This document shows positions 12,630-25,229 of a stretch of 64,000 nucleotides of DNA, piece after piece. Made by a program: the position numbers and the translations under genes. The stretch lies in assembly GCF_013076305.1 (NCBI RefSeq), contig NW_027019762.1, forward strand, positions 5,541,008 through 5,605,007, in the 5' to 3' direction. The notes beneath the pieces are model-generated. The model was not told the DNA's origin, did no database searches, and worked only from the letters and a program-made list of their open reading frames with translations. The DNA is from Rhopilema esculentum (taxonomy: Eukaryota). How positions within the stretch are numbered: position 1 is the first letter of the stretch; every line of letters begins with the position of its first letter.

Positions 12630-13912
12630 GTATGTCAACTTTTTGTATCTGTAACCTTTTTGTTGTAAAAAGTTATGAAATATTTTGAAGTTATTTGCAA
12701 ATTAGAAATCCTTAATGGCCCATATCTAAATTTCTGTGATATATAGCTTTGTTTTTCCAAAAAATGGTTACCTCAAGGCAATGCATAACCACATGTAACC
12801 ATATTAGTCATTGCATAAGGATTATGATCTGAATCATATGTTCAAAATCATGATTTGCCCCTGGTCACTGGCAGTCTTAGATAAAACAATGAGCTTTCTT
12901 GTAATCTTCAAGGCTGTATTGCATTACTTATAGGGAACAATGAATTATTTTGTTCATACTAATGTTAGGTTTTCTTGAAACAAAAATGTGTTTTTATCTT
13001 ATGAACTCTCAGACTGATAGTTGTCCAAAAATGCATTTGAGGCTTGATCCTAACTTAAAGTTTCCTTAACTCATGTAACAAATCTTAAGTTTCCACTGAA
13101 GAATGTTTCCAAACATTGTCTTCTTCAGAAATCAACACCAATCATTGCAAAAACACAATTTTGAATTCAGGCCTTGATGTAGAAAAAGTTTTGATTTTTT
13201 CTCGTAGTTATAACTTGATGTAGAAAAAGAAAGTATATGTTCTCATAATTTGTTCAAATCCTGCTTTTTCTTTTTCTGTACTTTTCAGCAAGTGGTCAAT
13301 ATAGTGTTTAAGTTCACCAATCTGACCCATCTCATTATTGCTGGCCTAAAAATGTCATTCAATTTCTTTGTCATTAAGCCAACACACTTTCTTTGACTAT
13401 GTGATTCGTATATTCAAAGTTATTGATTTCAATATTCCTATACAAACCTACATAGATACATTCATGTTATTTGTACACAACTTTTTGTTACAAACATATG
13501 TAAAACACATGTTACACAGTACTATAAATGGAGTATGAAGGATAAATACAGAAAGTTTATCCTTTAGTGCCCATTTCCTAACCAGAAATTCAAGCCCTAT
13601 ATATTTCAAATATCAGAACTCAACAAGTAAGGCACCTAAAAGTGCGAAATTGTCCATTCCCCAAAACCTGAGTCCAGAAAAGTTTTTCGCTTGCTGCCAC
13701 TTTGTTAAGACTCAACATTTGTCAAATATTGGATGACAAACTAATCAGATATTTTTAAATGATATGATATCTATTAAACTTTGAAGCAGTAAAGTTATCT
13801 AATTCGATTATCTAAGCGACATATATTCTGCTATTCTTCCCTTAAAGTTTTATTCTTGTGCCATTTTGGTAATTTTAATGGTTGTCTCAAATCTTCTCTT
13901 TACTTTTGCCAG

Positions 13913-13992
13913 TTTCAATGGCTTGGAATGTTAAGAGCCCAGTTTCTGAGGCTTATTGAAAATCATGACGTGAAAGAAGATCTTAACTGCAG
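13913..13992 (+). CDS. TSC2: TSC2 exon 4: FQWLGMLRAQFLRLIENHDVKEDLNC(R)
   Basis: Acceptor ttgccag|, donor AG|gtaata, ends in phase 2. Matches human [27 protein letters not shown]. Confidence 0.85.
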
Positions 13993-14274
13993 GTAATAAA
14001 GACAGCAATCTTCATTGTTCATAACATAACTACTATTTTTATTGCTGCTAACAATGTCATCAATAATTTGGCCAAGGAGCATTTGCACCCTGTCCCATAG
14101 CTTTAATTAATGTCCCCTTATGTTGCACTTTGGTAATTGAGCGCCACTCTTGGAGTGACTGTAATGGCCTTCTTCTTTTTTGTCACAAAAACGTCTCTTA
14201 CGTCTGTCTGTTTTTGATTTTGTTGCTCCATGTATTTAAGCTTCTCTACCTTGAAAAATTGTTATCTGTTGCAG

Positions 14275-14336
14275 GATAGAGCTGTTAAGAGCCTTGACTG
14301 ACAATGGCAAAGATGTTTCCTACTGCGAGCATTTTG
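14275..14336 (+). CDS. TSC2: TSC2 exon 5: (R)IELLRALTDNGKDVSYCEHF(G)
   Basis: Acceptor gttgcag|, donor G|gtatgt, ends in phase 1. Matches human LEVFKALTDNGRHITYLEE. Confidence 0.85.
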
Positions 14337-15597
14337 GTATGTAATATTTTATTCATGATTACAGGCAATTATCCCAGTAAAATTGAATATTCCAGATCGA
14401 AAAGAACAAGTACATAAAGGTGCTTTGAGTTTTTGCCATATCATGCACATTTTTTTACATATAGACAAATGCTTTCAAGGCTTAGTTACTGCTGTAAACC
14501 GTTGACAACCTTTTGAGATTATTGGTTGCGGCCAGACCTGCTACCTGGCACCTCTCTTATCTAATATTTAAAAGTGAAGATGGGTCCTAAGATTTGTGAC
14601 TTTAATACGTGTATTGAAGAGCGTTTTTCGTCTTATGCGTAATAGAATATGCGACCTTGCATCTTGGCAAGCAAAGAATCGAGTATAATGTTAAATAATG
14701 ATAGATAAATGTTGTCCATGTACTGCTATAAATAAGGGCCCTCTTCGAAAAAAATCTTAAAAGGAACGATAAATCATTATTATATACAGTGCAATGTTAG
14801 ATATAAAAGCTATAGACCGCCCTTTAAGATTTTACTTAAAGATCATGTAGTAAGCTGCACGACTTAAGATCCAGTTGGCATTTTGATGAAACGAGAGGAG
14901 TCATGATACCGATTGGACTATATTCTATCCTAACTATAAAAATACAGCTTTATTGCCCGTTTTATGAAACTTATGAAACAACCTATGCCTAGAACCATCT
15001 AAGAACATTTAGACATAAGACACTAGGTATCCTTGCTCTAGTATGAGTAGGTACGTGCCTTGAGTATCAACCTGAATTGCGGTAATATTTTTACAAATAA
15101 TGCTACATGATGTACGTTAATCTGTCTGTCTACAAAACCGACCTAGTTTCAATTACTGCTCTCAATGCCCCTTTGCCATTGGTAAAATAGTTGTAGAAAG
15201 AGACGTTTAGGTGACTAAGTTATGAGTAGGTCTTATGGACCGTTTCCAGACGGTGAATCCCGTATTGATCACCCAGTGTCTGCAAACCACTATTTGTTAC
15301 CATTCTACTGAAACATCCTGAAAATTTTTATAAAAGCAGAACAATCATTTTGTCCTAGGGCCTTTTCTTCTACGGTTTTCACGACAAGCGTTGACAGGAG
15401 ACAGGTACCTTTTTGTGTTTATTTGCACCACATGTGCCTTAACTTTTCTCTTTCCAATTTGATGCTTTATGAGCAACTTCATGATTTACAGTTGACATGC
15501 TTTTGATGTTCCTCTAAACCCCATAATTTCTCTATGGGTTTTGCTATTATCTCAAATGCAACCACATATGTAATAAGCCCTGTGTGCTTTTTTTCAG

Positions 15598-15684
15598 GAC
15601 TGTTGAGTACCTTTATTTTCTCATCAACTTGGTGCATTACAATTCAAGCTTTTTGGAGAAAGATATAATAACAGAATTAGTAGA
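15598..15684 (+). CDS. TSC2: TSC2 exon 6: TVEYLYFLINLVHYNSSFLEKDIITELV
   Basis: Acceptor ttttttcag| at 15597, donor GA|gtgagt. Matches human [25 protein letters not shown]. The exon requires phase 2 on entry, which does not match the phase-1 exit of exon 5 (see findings). Confidence 0.8.
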
Positions 15685-15967
15685 GTGAGTCAAATATACA
15701 TTCCACTATTTGTATTACATTTCTCCAGATATGTTTATATTTCATTACTTTTGCTATATTTATTTTATCTTTCGTTTAAATTAGAACAGTTTTTAACAAT
15801 AAGTATTGTTTAGTATGCAGTTATCTTTTATGCAGAATGAGTACGTCACAAGTCGAGCCCGCACAGCTAGTGAACACCGGGAAATTTTTGTATTTTGCTC
15901 CTTAAATGAGAATCTTTTACCATTGCTTTTTATCTTCAGTTTGATAGCTTGTGTTTCTCTTTGACAG

Positions 15968-16016
15968 ACAAGCCTGTGCGTTTTGCAATAAAGCCAAAGT
16001 TGAAAAGGAGATAGAG
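15968..16016 (+). CDS. TSC2: TSC2 exon 7: (E)QACAFCNKAKVEKEIE
   Basis: Acceptor gacag|, donor GAG|gtaaaa. Matches human [20 protein letters not shown], including the conserved CxxC. Confidence 0.75.
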
Positions 16017-16859
16017 GTAAAAAAATACTTCAAGATTCAGACATAATTTGCCACAGCATACAACAGCCTTTTTAGAGAAACATTTTAGAATACCAAATGG
16101 CAGATTCAGCCAGATTTTAAAATGATTACAGTGACGTAGGAAGAAAAGAAAACAAATGATTTGATAGTTTTTTTTTGGTGGCACAATCCCCCCTAAGAAC
16201 ATTAGTAGCCACTTTAAATTAACCACAATGTGTCAAGCTTGCAATTCTTTCCATTTGATTTTATGAAATATTTTTTAGAATGATATTTTGCCATGTCCTC
16301 TAATTCTTGCTCGTAATATAGCTTTACAACTTTTGCATGCCATCTTAATTTATATAATGGTTCTTGAGCTCAATTTCCGTACACTTCCAAATCCATCCTT
16401 TTGTAAGGTTTCTTCAAGGCTTCTGTTATCACGATGGATCAGAATGCTAGCCAATAGGAAAAAAGGGCCATAACTTTTTAACGGTATTGAACACTGCCAG
16501 CCTTAAAGGCAGCCACTGTCGTAGGCCTGTTGTATATATCGTAGGCCTTATGCAATCGATGCATGTATTTTAGCCTTATGCTATTTTTGTGTCACTCATA
16601 ATAGCCATTTTAAAAAGGGGATAATACATATTATCTTCATTATGACACAATGCCTTTCAAGGAAGAATTTGTATTAGCCAGAGTTTTTATTTCATTGTCT
16701 ATAATAAAACTTTTTTATCATACTGAACGCCCATTCTCTGATTTCACTCTCTGCTCACTGCTTTAATTGAATTCTCCCATCAACAGCCTTAAAGCCAGCA
16801 TAATCCCTCTCCCTATTCCTCTATGTTGTCAATTTTAGCATATCTTCATTTGCTTATAG

Positions 16860-16985
16860 TGTTGTATTCTGCTGCTTGATGCCACTGTTCGTTATGGTGG
16901 TTTGCCATCTGATGGCCTGTACCCGTTAATCGCAACCCTTTGTCGCACGGTGAACATCGAAAAATTCTGTCAAGCCAGCTGGAAG
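16860..16985 (+). CDS. TSC2: TSC2 exon 8: CCILLLDATVRYGGLPSDGLYPLIATLCRTVNIEKFCQASWK
   Basis: Acceptor cttatag|, donor AAG|gtatct. Matches human [40 protein letters not shown]. Confidence 0.9.
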
Positions 16986-17228
16986 GTATCTAAGAATTAA
17001 ACTATATATCTAAAAACCTCGGTATTCTTTCTATACCTTGAACTTTAAGAGTATTAATGCAAAAGGTCATGTTAGAAACCTTGGCAATACAGTTTTGAAT
17101 TTGCATTTCTTGGGAAAAGGTCAACATAATTTTTTCTTTGTGTATTTTCAGTTATCTTCCTAGAATATATTTAGTCTTTGTATTTCGTTCTATGTGCAAT
17201 ATCTATTTATAAGATTTGCACATGGTAA

Positions 17229-17362
17229 GATAATAAGTATATGGACAGTCATTGAAGATAATAAGTATATGGACAGTCATTGAAGATAATAAGTATATGG
17301 ACAGTCATTGAAGATAATAAGTATATGGACAGTCATTAAAGATAATGAGTATATGAACAGTC
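17229..17362. repeat. 28-bp tandem repeat (GATAATAAGTATATGGACAGTCATTGAA) x ~4.5, within TSC2 intron 8
   Basis: Four perfect copies followed by a degenerate partial copy are visible in the sequence. Confidence 0.95.
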
Positions 17363-17663
17363 GTTAAGTCATTAAACATTGATATATGCAACTAAGCATA
17401 CAGAGTTTCCATATGTTGTCTAATAATTGCAATATGCATATATGGACCGGGCCAGTCTCGAAATATGCTACTCGCTCCCACTTGATGCATTATTTTTCTT
17501 CCATTTGACTAAGCTTTCTTCACAGTACTGTGTACTTTTTTTAAACAACAGAGGGTTATCATCTATAGAGTGCTGGCATCAACAGCCTTAAAGTGTTATC
17601 ATCTGTTTGTGTGAAAAATGTTTTCCGAATTCTAATGATATTGAAATTTGTTTTCGTTTGCAG

Positions 17664-17737
17664 CTCATGAAGACTTTGGTAGGCACTCGCCTAGGACATA
17701 GCGCCATCTATATCATGTGCTGTATTCTAGAAGACGA
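17664..17737 (+). CDS. TSC2: TSC2 exon 9: LMKTLVGTRLGHSAIYIMCCILED
   Basis: Acceptor cgtttgcag|, donor GA|gtacat. Matches human [24 protein letters not shown]. Confidence 0.9.
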
Positions 17738-18474
17738 GTACATCCTATCTATTCTCTTATTCCTACGATTTTTCTATTTTGGTGCTTTTATTTACGTCAT
17801 AAAATAAATTGAAGTATATATTATATGCCATCCTTAGTATTGCATATGTCCAGGTGAATAATGTTTGTCTACCAGCAAGTGGAAAGAACATCATGTTCAA
17901 TTTATTTACCCCAATCAGGAATTTAGTTTTCAAGACATTTCGCTATTTGCTTACCATGGTATTTAAATGAATGTCAATTACTAATCGCCTGCCTAAATAC
18001 CATTCTGTTGAAACCAATCTAGTAATTCAAATCAGATCGTTTTGGAGTTTCTAAATTACATTGTTTATGGTTGAGTCAAACCCGTAAACTTTCGTATATT
18101 TGGCAAAACTGAACATGTGGCTATCTATACTTACATAAAAGATATCATAGTTGAAATTTTTAAATAACAGTGAGCCTAGAATTGAGTCTTGTGGCATACT
18201 ATGTTCAATGGTTTTCTGCAATTTGTCAGTAGTGCATTTTGCGTTATGTAGACAGCTACGTGGGTGTGGGGACCTAAGCATATGTTCACTTAACGGCTTG
18301 CTATAAGCTAGAAGGCATGCCAAAACATTTTCTTACTGTTTTAAATATCTAAATTAACTTTTTGTACAACAAATTTTAAATGGCGCGAAATCGCGGAAAT
18401 TAGCATTAAGAGTGATGTATTGGCATTAAGAGTAACTCTTATGGAATTCAAATTTATTGTTTTGCACTTTCTAG

Positions 18475-18601
18475 GAATAATACCAGTGATTCAATACTTC
18501 TCCGCGGTGCTGTGTTTTTCATCGGAATGTGTGTATGGGGGTCAAAGAGAGTTTCTTCACTTCAACACAAACCAATTTCGTTGTTGCCGTCATTCAAGCA
18601 G
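18475..18601 (+). CDS. TSC2: TSC2 exon 10: (E)[42 protein letters not shown]
   Basis: Acceptor tttctag|, donor CAG|gtatcc. Matches human [37 protein letters not shown]. Confidence 0.9.
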
Positions 18602-18907
18602 GTATCCTTTGACGCGTTTAGTTTTTTGTCAGCCTTGGGTGTCAGCGATCGACAAGGAAACAGTAATCACACTCAATTGTCAGAAAGAACGTCCAGCTAC
18701 TTTCATCAGAATATAAGTTCTAAAGACGAAAAGTATGCTTTGGTCTGTAGCAAAAGATAGCTTTATGTTGCAACCTCAAGTTTCATGCTTAATGCGACCA
18801 TCCAACAACCTTAAAACAACTCTCTGTAAACAATTGTTAAAAGCATACCATAATCAGTGTGAATTTTATGCTGTATCCTAGTGCAATCTCCAGTGTCTCT
18901 TTTGTAG

Positions 18908-19051
18908 GCTCTTCATTGCAATCACCCGATTGTTGCCCACGAGATTGGCCTGTCTCTACAAAGACTGGTTAAGAAATACGGAAAGGACCTGAAAATTGTC
19001 ACCTGGGATATCATTCTAGATCTGATTGATATGCTCATCAAATTGCTGCAG
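18908..19051 (+). CDS. TSC2: TSC2 exon 11: ALHCNHPIVAHEIGLSLQRLVKKYGKDLKIVTWDIILDLIDMLIKLLQ
   Basis: Acceptor ttttgtag|, donor CAG|gtttgt. Matches human [48 protein letters not shown]. Confidence 0.9.
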
Positions 19052-19083
19052 GTTTGTTTAGTGGATTTCAAATTTTCAAAACT

Positions 19084-19533
19084 TGAATGAATGAACGAAT
19101 GAACGAATGAACGAACGAATGAATGAATGAATGAATGTATGAATGAATGATTGAATGAATGAATGAATGAATGAATGAATGAATGAATGAATGAATGAAT
19201 GAATGAATGAATGAATGAATGAATGAATGAATGAATGAATGAATGAATGAATGAATGAATGAACAAATAAGTGAATGAATGAATGAATGAATGATATGAT
19301 GAATGAATGAATGGATGAATGAATGAATGAATGAATGAATGAATGAATGAATGAATGAATGAATGAATGAATGAATGAATGAATGAATGATTGAATGAAT
19401 GAATGAATGAATGAATGAATAATTGAATGAATGAATGAATGAATGAATGAATGAATGAATGAATGAATGAATGAATGAATGAATGAATGAATGAATGAAT
19501 GAATGAATGAATGAATGAATGAATGAATGAATA
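19084..19533. repeat. (GAAT)n/(GAATGAAT)n microsatellite, ~450 bp, within TSC2 intron 11, with a degenerate tail to ~19600
   Basis: Nearly pure gaatgaat units with a few gaac/gtat/gatt variants. It produces the spurious ORF 18922-19266 (MFIHSFIHSF...). Confidence 0.95.
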
Positions 19534-19638
19534 ACTTTGGTGGATGAGTGGAAAGTTTAATAGATAAATGAATAGATAAATGAGTGAGCGAATGGATATG
19601 AAACAGTTTCTAATTTTGCATCATTTTTCTCTATCTAG

Positions 19639-19782
19639 AACCTGGCAAACTCAAATGATTCGTTGAAGAAAACAGTGCACGACCTCCTCACTACAATTGA
19701 AGAGCTTTACAGCGCCGGTCGATTCGACGGGTCAGCTGACCGATTCTTTGCCATTATTGAGCGATGTTCTGCACAGAGACCA
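19639..19782 (+). CDS. TSC2: TSC2 exon 12: NLANSNDSLKKTVHDLLTTIEELYSAGRFDGSADRFFAIIERCSAQRP
   Basis: Acceptor ctatctag|, donor CCA|gtaaga. Matches human [46 protein letters not shown]. Confidence 0.9.
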
Positions 19783-20422
19783 GTAAGAAGTATTTTGGTT
19801 TTCTAGATAGTAAATATGTGTTTTAGCTAAAGAACACCCTGTTGTGTTTCTTTTCCTGATCACATCTAAAGAAGTGATTGACTGTACATCATGCATGCTA
19901 TCAACCTGTAGAGCAAGCATGCTATCAACGTGGCCATCCTCTCCTTGAAAAGGAATAATTTTCTATTATGGCCGTGGCGTTTTTATTTACTTGGTTTTAA
20001 AAAGAGATGTATAAAATATTTGTTTCTCCGATCTCGTGATGAGCATTATGCCAGAGACAGGGAAACATTACGGTCGCACGGCCACTGGCCGGAGGAAGGT
20101 CCACGAAAAACAATAGAAGCTCATATGACACACCCATGCCAAGCCCAATTTCTATTGTTTGTGAGGAAGGTTCTGGAATGTTTTTGTCTCTAGGAAAGTT
20201 AACAACTTTTCTGGACTCTGCATTATGTAGCAATCTTGTACAAAGTTGAATGTTCCACGTCTTTACGACCCAAGTGTAGCAAACCAAAGGTTATTCAATC
20301 TCCTGCCTTTGAAAGAGTGAAATTTTTCTTTTTGTGAATTGTAATCCTTCATGCCTTCCTTGATGGCAATAACATTTTTCTCTGAGAGTATAGAGTATAA
20401 ATTTCTCCGTTTTTTTCGACAG

Positions 20423-20526
20423 GAGTCGTCTGTTCTCACCTTATTGACATTCCTCCGTAAAAAAATAGACCCTGCTAATGATGGTTGGCTTGATAAATTA
20501 AAGTTTGTGATGGAAAAGTACTTTCG
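20423..20526 (+). CDS. TSC2: TSC2 exon 13: ESSVLTLLTFLRKKIDPANDGWLDKLKFVMEKYF(R)
   Basis: Acceptor tttcgacag|, donor CG|gtaagt. Matches human [35 protein letters not shown]. Confidence 0.9.
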
Positions 20527-20953
20527 GTAAGTCATTTTCTATGTTTAGTTATCTTTAACTAAGTAGGAACAAAGAAAGATATAGGAGTGTACCCCGAATC
20601 TTTGATATGGCGGAGTGCTTTCCGTATCATCAGCCATTCAGTCTCTTATGTGTTATGCTCCTATACATACAACGGGAAACGATATTAATCAATTCCACGA
20701 TTCAAGAAAAGTGCATTCACCATTGATTCATCGATATTTATAATATTTTCATCATAATATTTTTGTCACTTGTAAATATTCATTCTTATAAATGTATCTA
20801 GTTTTGTTACAACTGAGTTGCAACCTTTTATCTAGGCCAATGCAGTACGATTTCCCACTCCTTTTTCATTTAAGCAACGTTATGCTAAATATTTTTGCAA
20901 TCTTCTCACTCTTATCAAATGACATGTATTTTTAAAGGAACTATTTCTTTCAG

Positions 20954-21035
20954 GAATTCAAAACAGACTGCCGTGAGGGTGAAAGTTCTTGATATTTTAT
21001 CAGATGTAATGAATTCTTATAGATATTGGTATGAG
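20954..21035 (+). CDS. TSC2: TSC2 exon 14: (R)NSKQTAVRVKVLDILSDVMNSYRYWYE
   Basis: Acceptor tttctttcag|, donor GAG|gtgaga. An alternative donor lies 7 nt upstream at TG|gtatga. Matches human [28 protein letters not shown]. Confidence 0.8.
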
Positions 21036-22768
21036 GTGAGAATTTTGATAGAAACATTTAGATTCAGGCAGTTTGAGAGTAAAGCAACGTCAATTCACCG
21101 GTCGTCACGAGCTAATGGTTTTAAGTATCGCAAGATTTAAAAAACCATGACGATATACTCCACCTTATTGACAAGTAAACTGACTTTTCAAGCAAATGAA
21201 TAATGTTGAACCTAGTCATCTGTCTGTGGCATATAATTAGCTGCAAATTGAGGGCTTTTCCCGCCTCAAAACTGAATCTCTCAAACCACTGCGTACTGTT
21301 ATTGTTTAACAGTTACTGAAGATTATTGTAAGCGACTAGGCCTTTTTTTCATTTGCAGCTCATACGTGCAAACCTCATTCCTCCCCAAATGACAGGAAAT
21401 CCCCCCCCCAATAGGGGCATCGTCATTTGCCCCCTGCAATTTTTTTCAAGATTTTGACCTCTCCGCCTAATCAAACTACTGATAAAAAAATTAACAATAG
21501 TACAGATTCATTTCCTTAAGCCCATTTAACAGTTTCTATCTACATAATTGTATTCTGCCAATGCTTCCGTCTAAAATCGCCAGAACAGCTTGCTTTTACT
21601 TATCACTCTTACAAAGGAGATTCATTAAAATGAATTTTCTCTGTTTTTTACCATAAAAATCAAATAACAGTGATAAAAAGTGCTGCGAGATAAAAGATAG
21701 TCACGAACACGTGCTTGCTGGCAGATGTTCCTCCTTACCATGCTGATTCACATTTATATCTGATCGAGGATGGCAGGCTTGATAAGTAATAAAGTTGTGA
21801 ACATGAAGATAGAGATAACAGACCTATGTGGCTTTGATTAAAACACTCATTTTGCAGAAATTGCCTTTGCTTTATCAATGCTATATCAACTTGCTAATCT
21901 GCCAGAAAATGCAGCATGCAACATTTTTGACCTTGTTTCTTCAAAGTCTACAATACTGTATATAAAACCTCTGAAACCTTGAAAATAAAGACTAACTTCC
22001 CAAGCCATTTCTCCATACTCACGATACCCTATTTATAGTCAGAACCAGCATCGATTTGGAGCCAGCCTGATGTTGTTACGCCGGTTCAGTGACGGTTTGA
22101 AAACGAATTGATTATCGAAGATATTTCTCGAAATTACTTTAACTTACGCCATCTCTCAATCTTTTTTTTGGCGTTAAGGCATAGAAGGTAAATAAAAAAT
22201 GAAGCAATGGACTGACCCGAAAAGAGTCTTGAAGATCAGTCTAATTTTGATCCTGTTTCTTTTCGTCATATTTAAATCATTACTGTTGCGATTGCTTTAT
22301 TTTTAAGGCTTGGACGTTTGTAGAGACAATGGTGATAGTCCCTGCCCTTACAAAACTGACCATTAACATTCCTGGGAGTCGCCCTGTATGTAGAATTATG
22401 GCTAGATTTGGAAAACGACCTGGACATGTGATACATTGCGAGCCCTAGAAGTAGAGTTTGTCTCTAAAGCATGTGTACTTGGAATAGGAAATCGGGAACG
22501 GGAGGTTAGAAAACGCGGAACGTGAGATTTGGAAACGGGAAATTAGGAAGCGGGAAATTGTGGAATGGGGAATAAGGAAGGTGGAACGGCAAACAGCAAA
22601 TATCCTAATGGGGATTCTCTATATGTTTGAATCTTTAAAAGTTGTAGTTTTTTAGCCATTCGATCACAAATAGGCTTTCATGTTTTTAGTATTCTGAAAC
22701 ATGAGTTGCATGCAAGTTTGGAGCCTTGCTAACCCTTTTGCTTAACGTCTTTTTCTTTTATTTAATAG

Positions 22769-22924
22769 GAAGAAATCCTCGAGTTGGGTGTATTATTTTA
22801 TCTCAGTAACATGGAGAAAGAAAAGGACTCCAGTGTCAGGCTGGTGACAGCTCAGTTGCTGGTTGATTTAGTAGTTACGTGCAGTTCAAGTAAATGCGCA
22901 GATATTCTAGCAGTTGTGAAAAAG
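22769..22924 (+). CDS. TSC2: TSC2 exon 15: EEILELGVLFYLSNMEKEKDSSVRLVTAQLLVDLVVTCSSSKCADILAVVKK
   Basis: Acceptor atttaatag|, donor AAG|gtaaca. Matches human [38 protein letters not shown]...LLDIIEK. Confidence 0.9.
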
Positions 22925-23433
22925 GTAACAAACTGAATCAAGAGATTGTTATTGCGCTACAGTTTCTTGTTAATTGCATTTAGACCAAACTGCCTCTTTT
23001 GCTTTTTTCCAACTTTGTCGTCCATTGAATTTTCCTGTTGTGTTGTCCTGTCTTAAAGTGTGGTACATTAGCTAGCCAAGGAATTGAGTGGAAGCCTCTC
23101 GTAATTTTTTTGAGATAGAGCCTTTTTTGTAAACCTTTATTTAGACCTCTCTTCATAACTAAAGCATTTTGCTGCTCTGTTTATATCTCACAAAAAAAGG
23201 CGATTGATAGACTGCAGTTCCACCCAGACTGCTGTGGGAAATCTCTAAAAGAAAGTTGTTTTGTTGTTTTGAGAAAAGCCTTATACATTAGCTAAAACAG
23301 GGGACCGAAGAATGGAAAGGGGGAATCGGGGAACAGGGAACAGAGAATTTAAAAGGGAATTTTAAAAGAGAGAATCTCTTGAAGGAAGTTTTTGATCATT
23401 AAATCACGCTTAGATTTTAATGCTTTCTTACAG

Positions 23434-23490
23434 CTCATAAATCGTTTGATGGATTCAAGTGGCAGTACTAGGAAGGGCAATGGCGAACAG
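23434..23490 (+). CDS. TSC2: TSC2 exon 16: LINRLMDSSGSTRKGNGEQ
   Basis: Acceptor tttcttacag|, strong donor CAG|gttagt, phase 0/0. Similarity to the human VMARSLSPPPELEERD region is weak. Placement rests on splice signals and on frame continuity with exon 17. Confidence 0.55.
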
Positions 23491-24441
23491 GTTAGTTTGA
23501 TTGCTCGAGTGTTGGCTGATGAAGCCAGAGAGAAGCAAGATAAGCATCGTTCATCGTGCATAAGAATATACTCACGTCTTTCAATAGAGGAATAAAGGCT
23601 TTTAATTCATTTTTGTCTATTTATTCAAAATTGTATTCTTGACACTGAAGCTAAAATATGCTTATAAAGAATGATCTGTACAAAACTGCTTGAAAAAAGT
23701 TAACTCAAAAGTATCATCATAAGCCGAAATTGTTAGTTGATAAGTAACACCTAGAGTACCTTAAGTGATAAGTTGAAGATTTTTCTGCAGAAAATCATAT
23801 AATATCAGAATGGACTGAAACCTCTAAAAGTATTCAAGCAAGAGGAAAAGAGTTTAGATTCCCCAACCCTTCCTTTCTTTTTGTCCATGATTAATAATCT
23901 TAGTTATTTAATGTTTCTGTCCTTAGATGTTTCTGCTCATACATATCTTTAGGGCTTCCGGGTCGGTTGTCGTTTTGGCTGTTTTTTCCTTTAATTAGGG
24001 CTTGTCTATTAAATAGCAATTGATTATGAGTTGCTAAGGAAAAATTCAGTGCAGGATATCTCAAACGTATGAGAAGATGAAAACATGTCGAAGGGCCTAT
24101 TCGAAATCCTGTTACGATCTAACTTTAGAGCATACCTCAAGGTAACACCAGCAGGAGATTAATTGTGGCCAGAAATTTCGATGATTATGTTGATAATTCT
24201 GAGTCGTGGCAAAGGAGATGATCATATTACCACTGTACAACCAGTTAAATTGCCGCATTAAAACTTTAGCTACTTTGCCGATTATCAAATTTTGCCTGCT
24301 TCAACTAGCACTTAAGGAAGGTATGCGTTTTTTTAATTTTAATGTTGTGACTAGATATAAATTTGATATAACTTAGCTTTGAACATATATAATAGCTGAA
24401 AATTACAAACTTGTTCTTAATCAGACGTCAACTCTTTTTTA

Positions 24442-24510
24442 GCTCATTACCGATGGGGAACATTTGAGAGACATCAAAGTTGCAGTTTGTGGTTTAGTCG
24501 TAGCATTTAA
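24442..24510 (+). CDS. TSC2: TSC2 exon 17: LITDGEHLRDIKVAVCGLVVAFK
   Basis: Acceptor ctcttttttag|, donor AAG|gtattc. Matches human [20 protein letters not shown]. Confidence 0.75.
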   Translation, partial: AHYRWGTFERHQSCSLWFSRSI

Positions 24511-25106
24511 GGTATTCTCACACTTTCCGTTGTCATGCCATGTTATGTTTTTTATTTGTTTAAAACTGTTCAAACAAAAGCCACTGCGAAGAAATGTTTA
24601 TTAACGACTTCGAAACAAGGAAACGTTTTGAAGCATACCTCAATGCAATGAATTTATAGGCCCATAGCTACATGAGCTTGTACCCAGCCATCAACACTGA
24701 CAACATTTTGAAGCAATGTTTATTACCAATAGGTTGGTAATATTGACAACAGAAAGGCTGTAATGGATGATCTTTTCAAGGTTATATTTGGAAAATGCAA
24801 TTTGTGGCAAGAAAGCCTCTCGGGAAAGCTTCTCAGAAAAGTTTCTTCAAATTGAGTGGTTATGACACTAAACAGGATTTACACTGACTAAAGCCCTGGG
24901 TGCGAAACCCAATTTGTGAATTTAATTTCTCAGCCCATTTATTTCAAATATCCATCATTCGTTCTTTGGCTGAAATACTTATCACCAATTCATAGCAAGT
25001 TTGCTGTCTTTGTTGTAAGATTCTGCATGCAGAAAGATTTAATTTCCACCTAGATTTCTTATTTTCTTTTATTCTCCCAAACATACTTCAATCGTTCTCT
25101 TTCTAG

Positions 25107-25229
25107 CAAAAGCTTTGCGACTCGTCTACAATGATTGCCGTCAAAATACTAGACATTCTTGTAGAGCATATCTCATTGCATTACGTAAATGGATTCACCG
25201 CCCATTCTGGTGCCATTGTTCGTCTTGAG
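25107..25229 (+). CDS. TSC2: TSC2 exon 18: QKLCDSSTMIAVKILDILVEHISLHYVNGFTAHSGAIVRLE
   Basis: Acceptor ctctttctag|, donor GAG|gtattt. Matches human [32 protein letters not shown]. Confidence 0.85.

Noticed and set aside
18922-19266. 114-aa minus ORF MFIHSFIHSFIHS...
   Set aside because: A pure translation of the (GAATGAAT)n microsatellite in TSC2 intron 11.
22490-23345. G/A-rich GGAA(C/A)GGG(A)A-type degenerate repeats flanking TSC2 exon 15, at 22490-22610 and 23290-23345
   Set aside because: These are short, degenerate purine-rich simple repeats in introns. They have no defined boundaries and no evident function, so I treated them as low-complexity sequence rather than as a feature.
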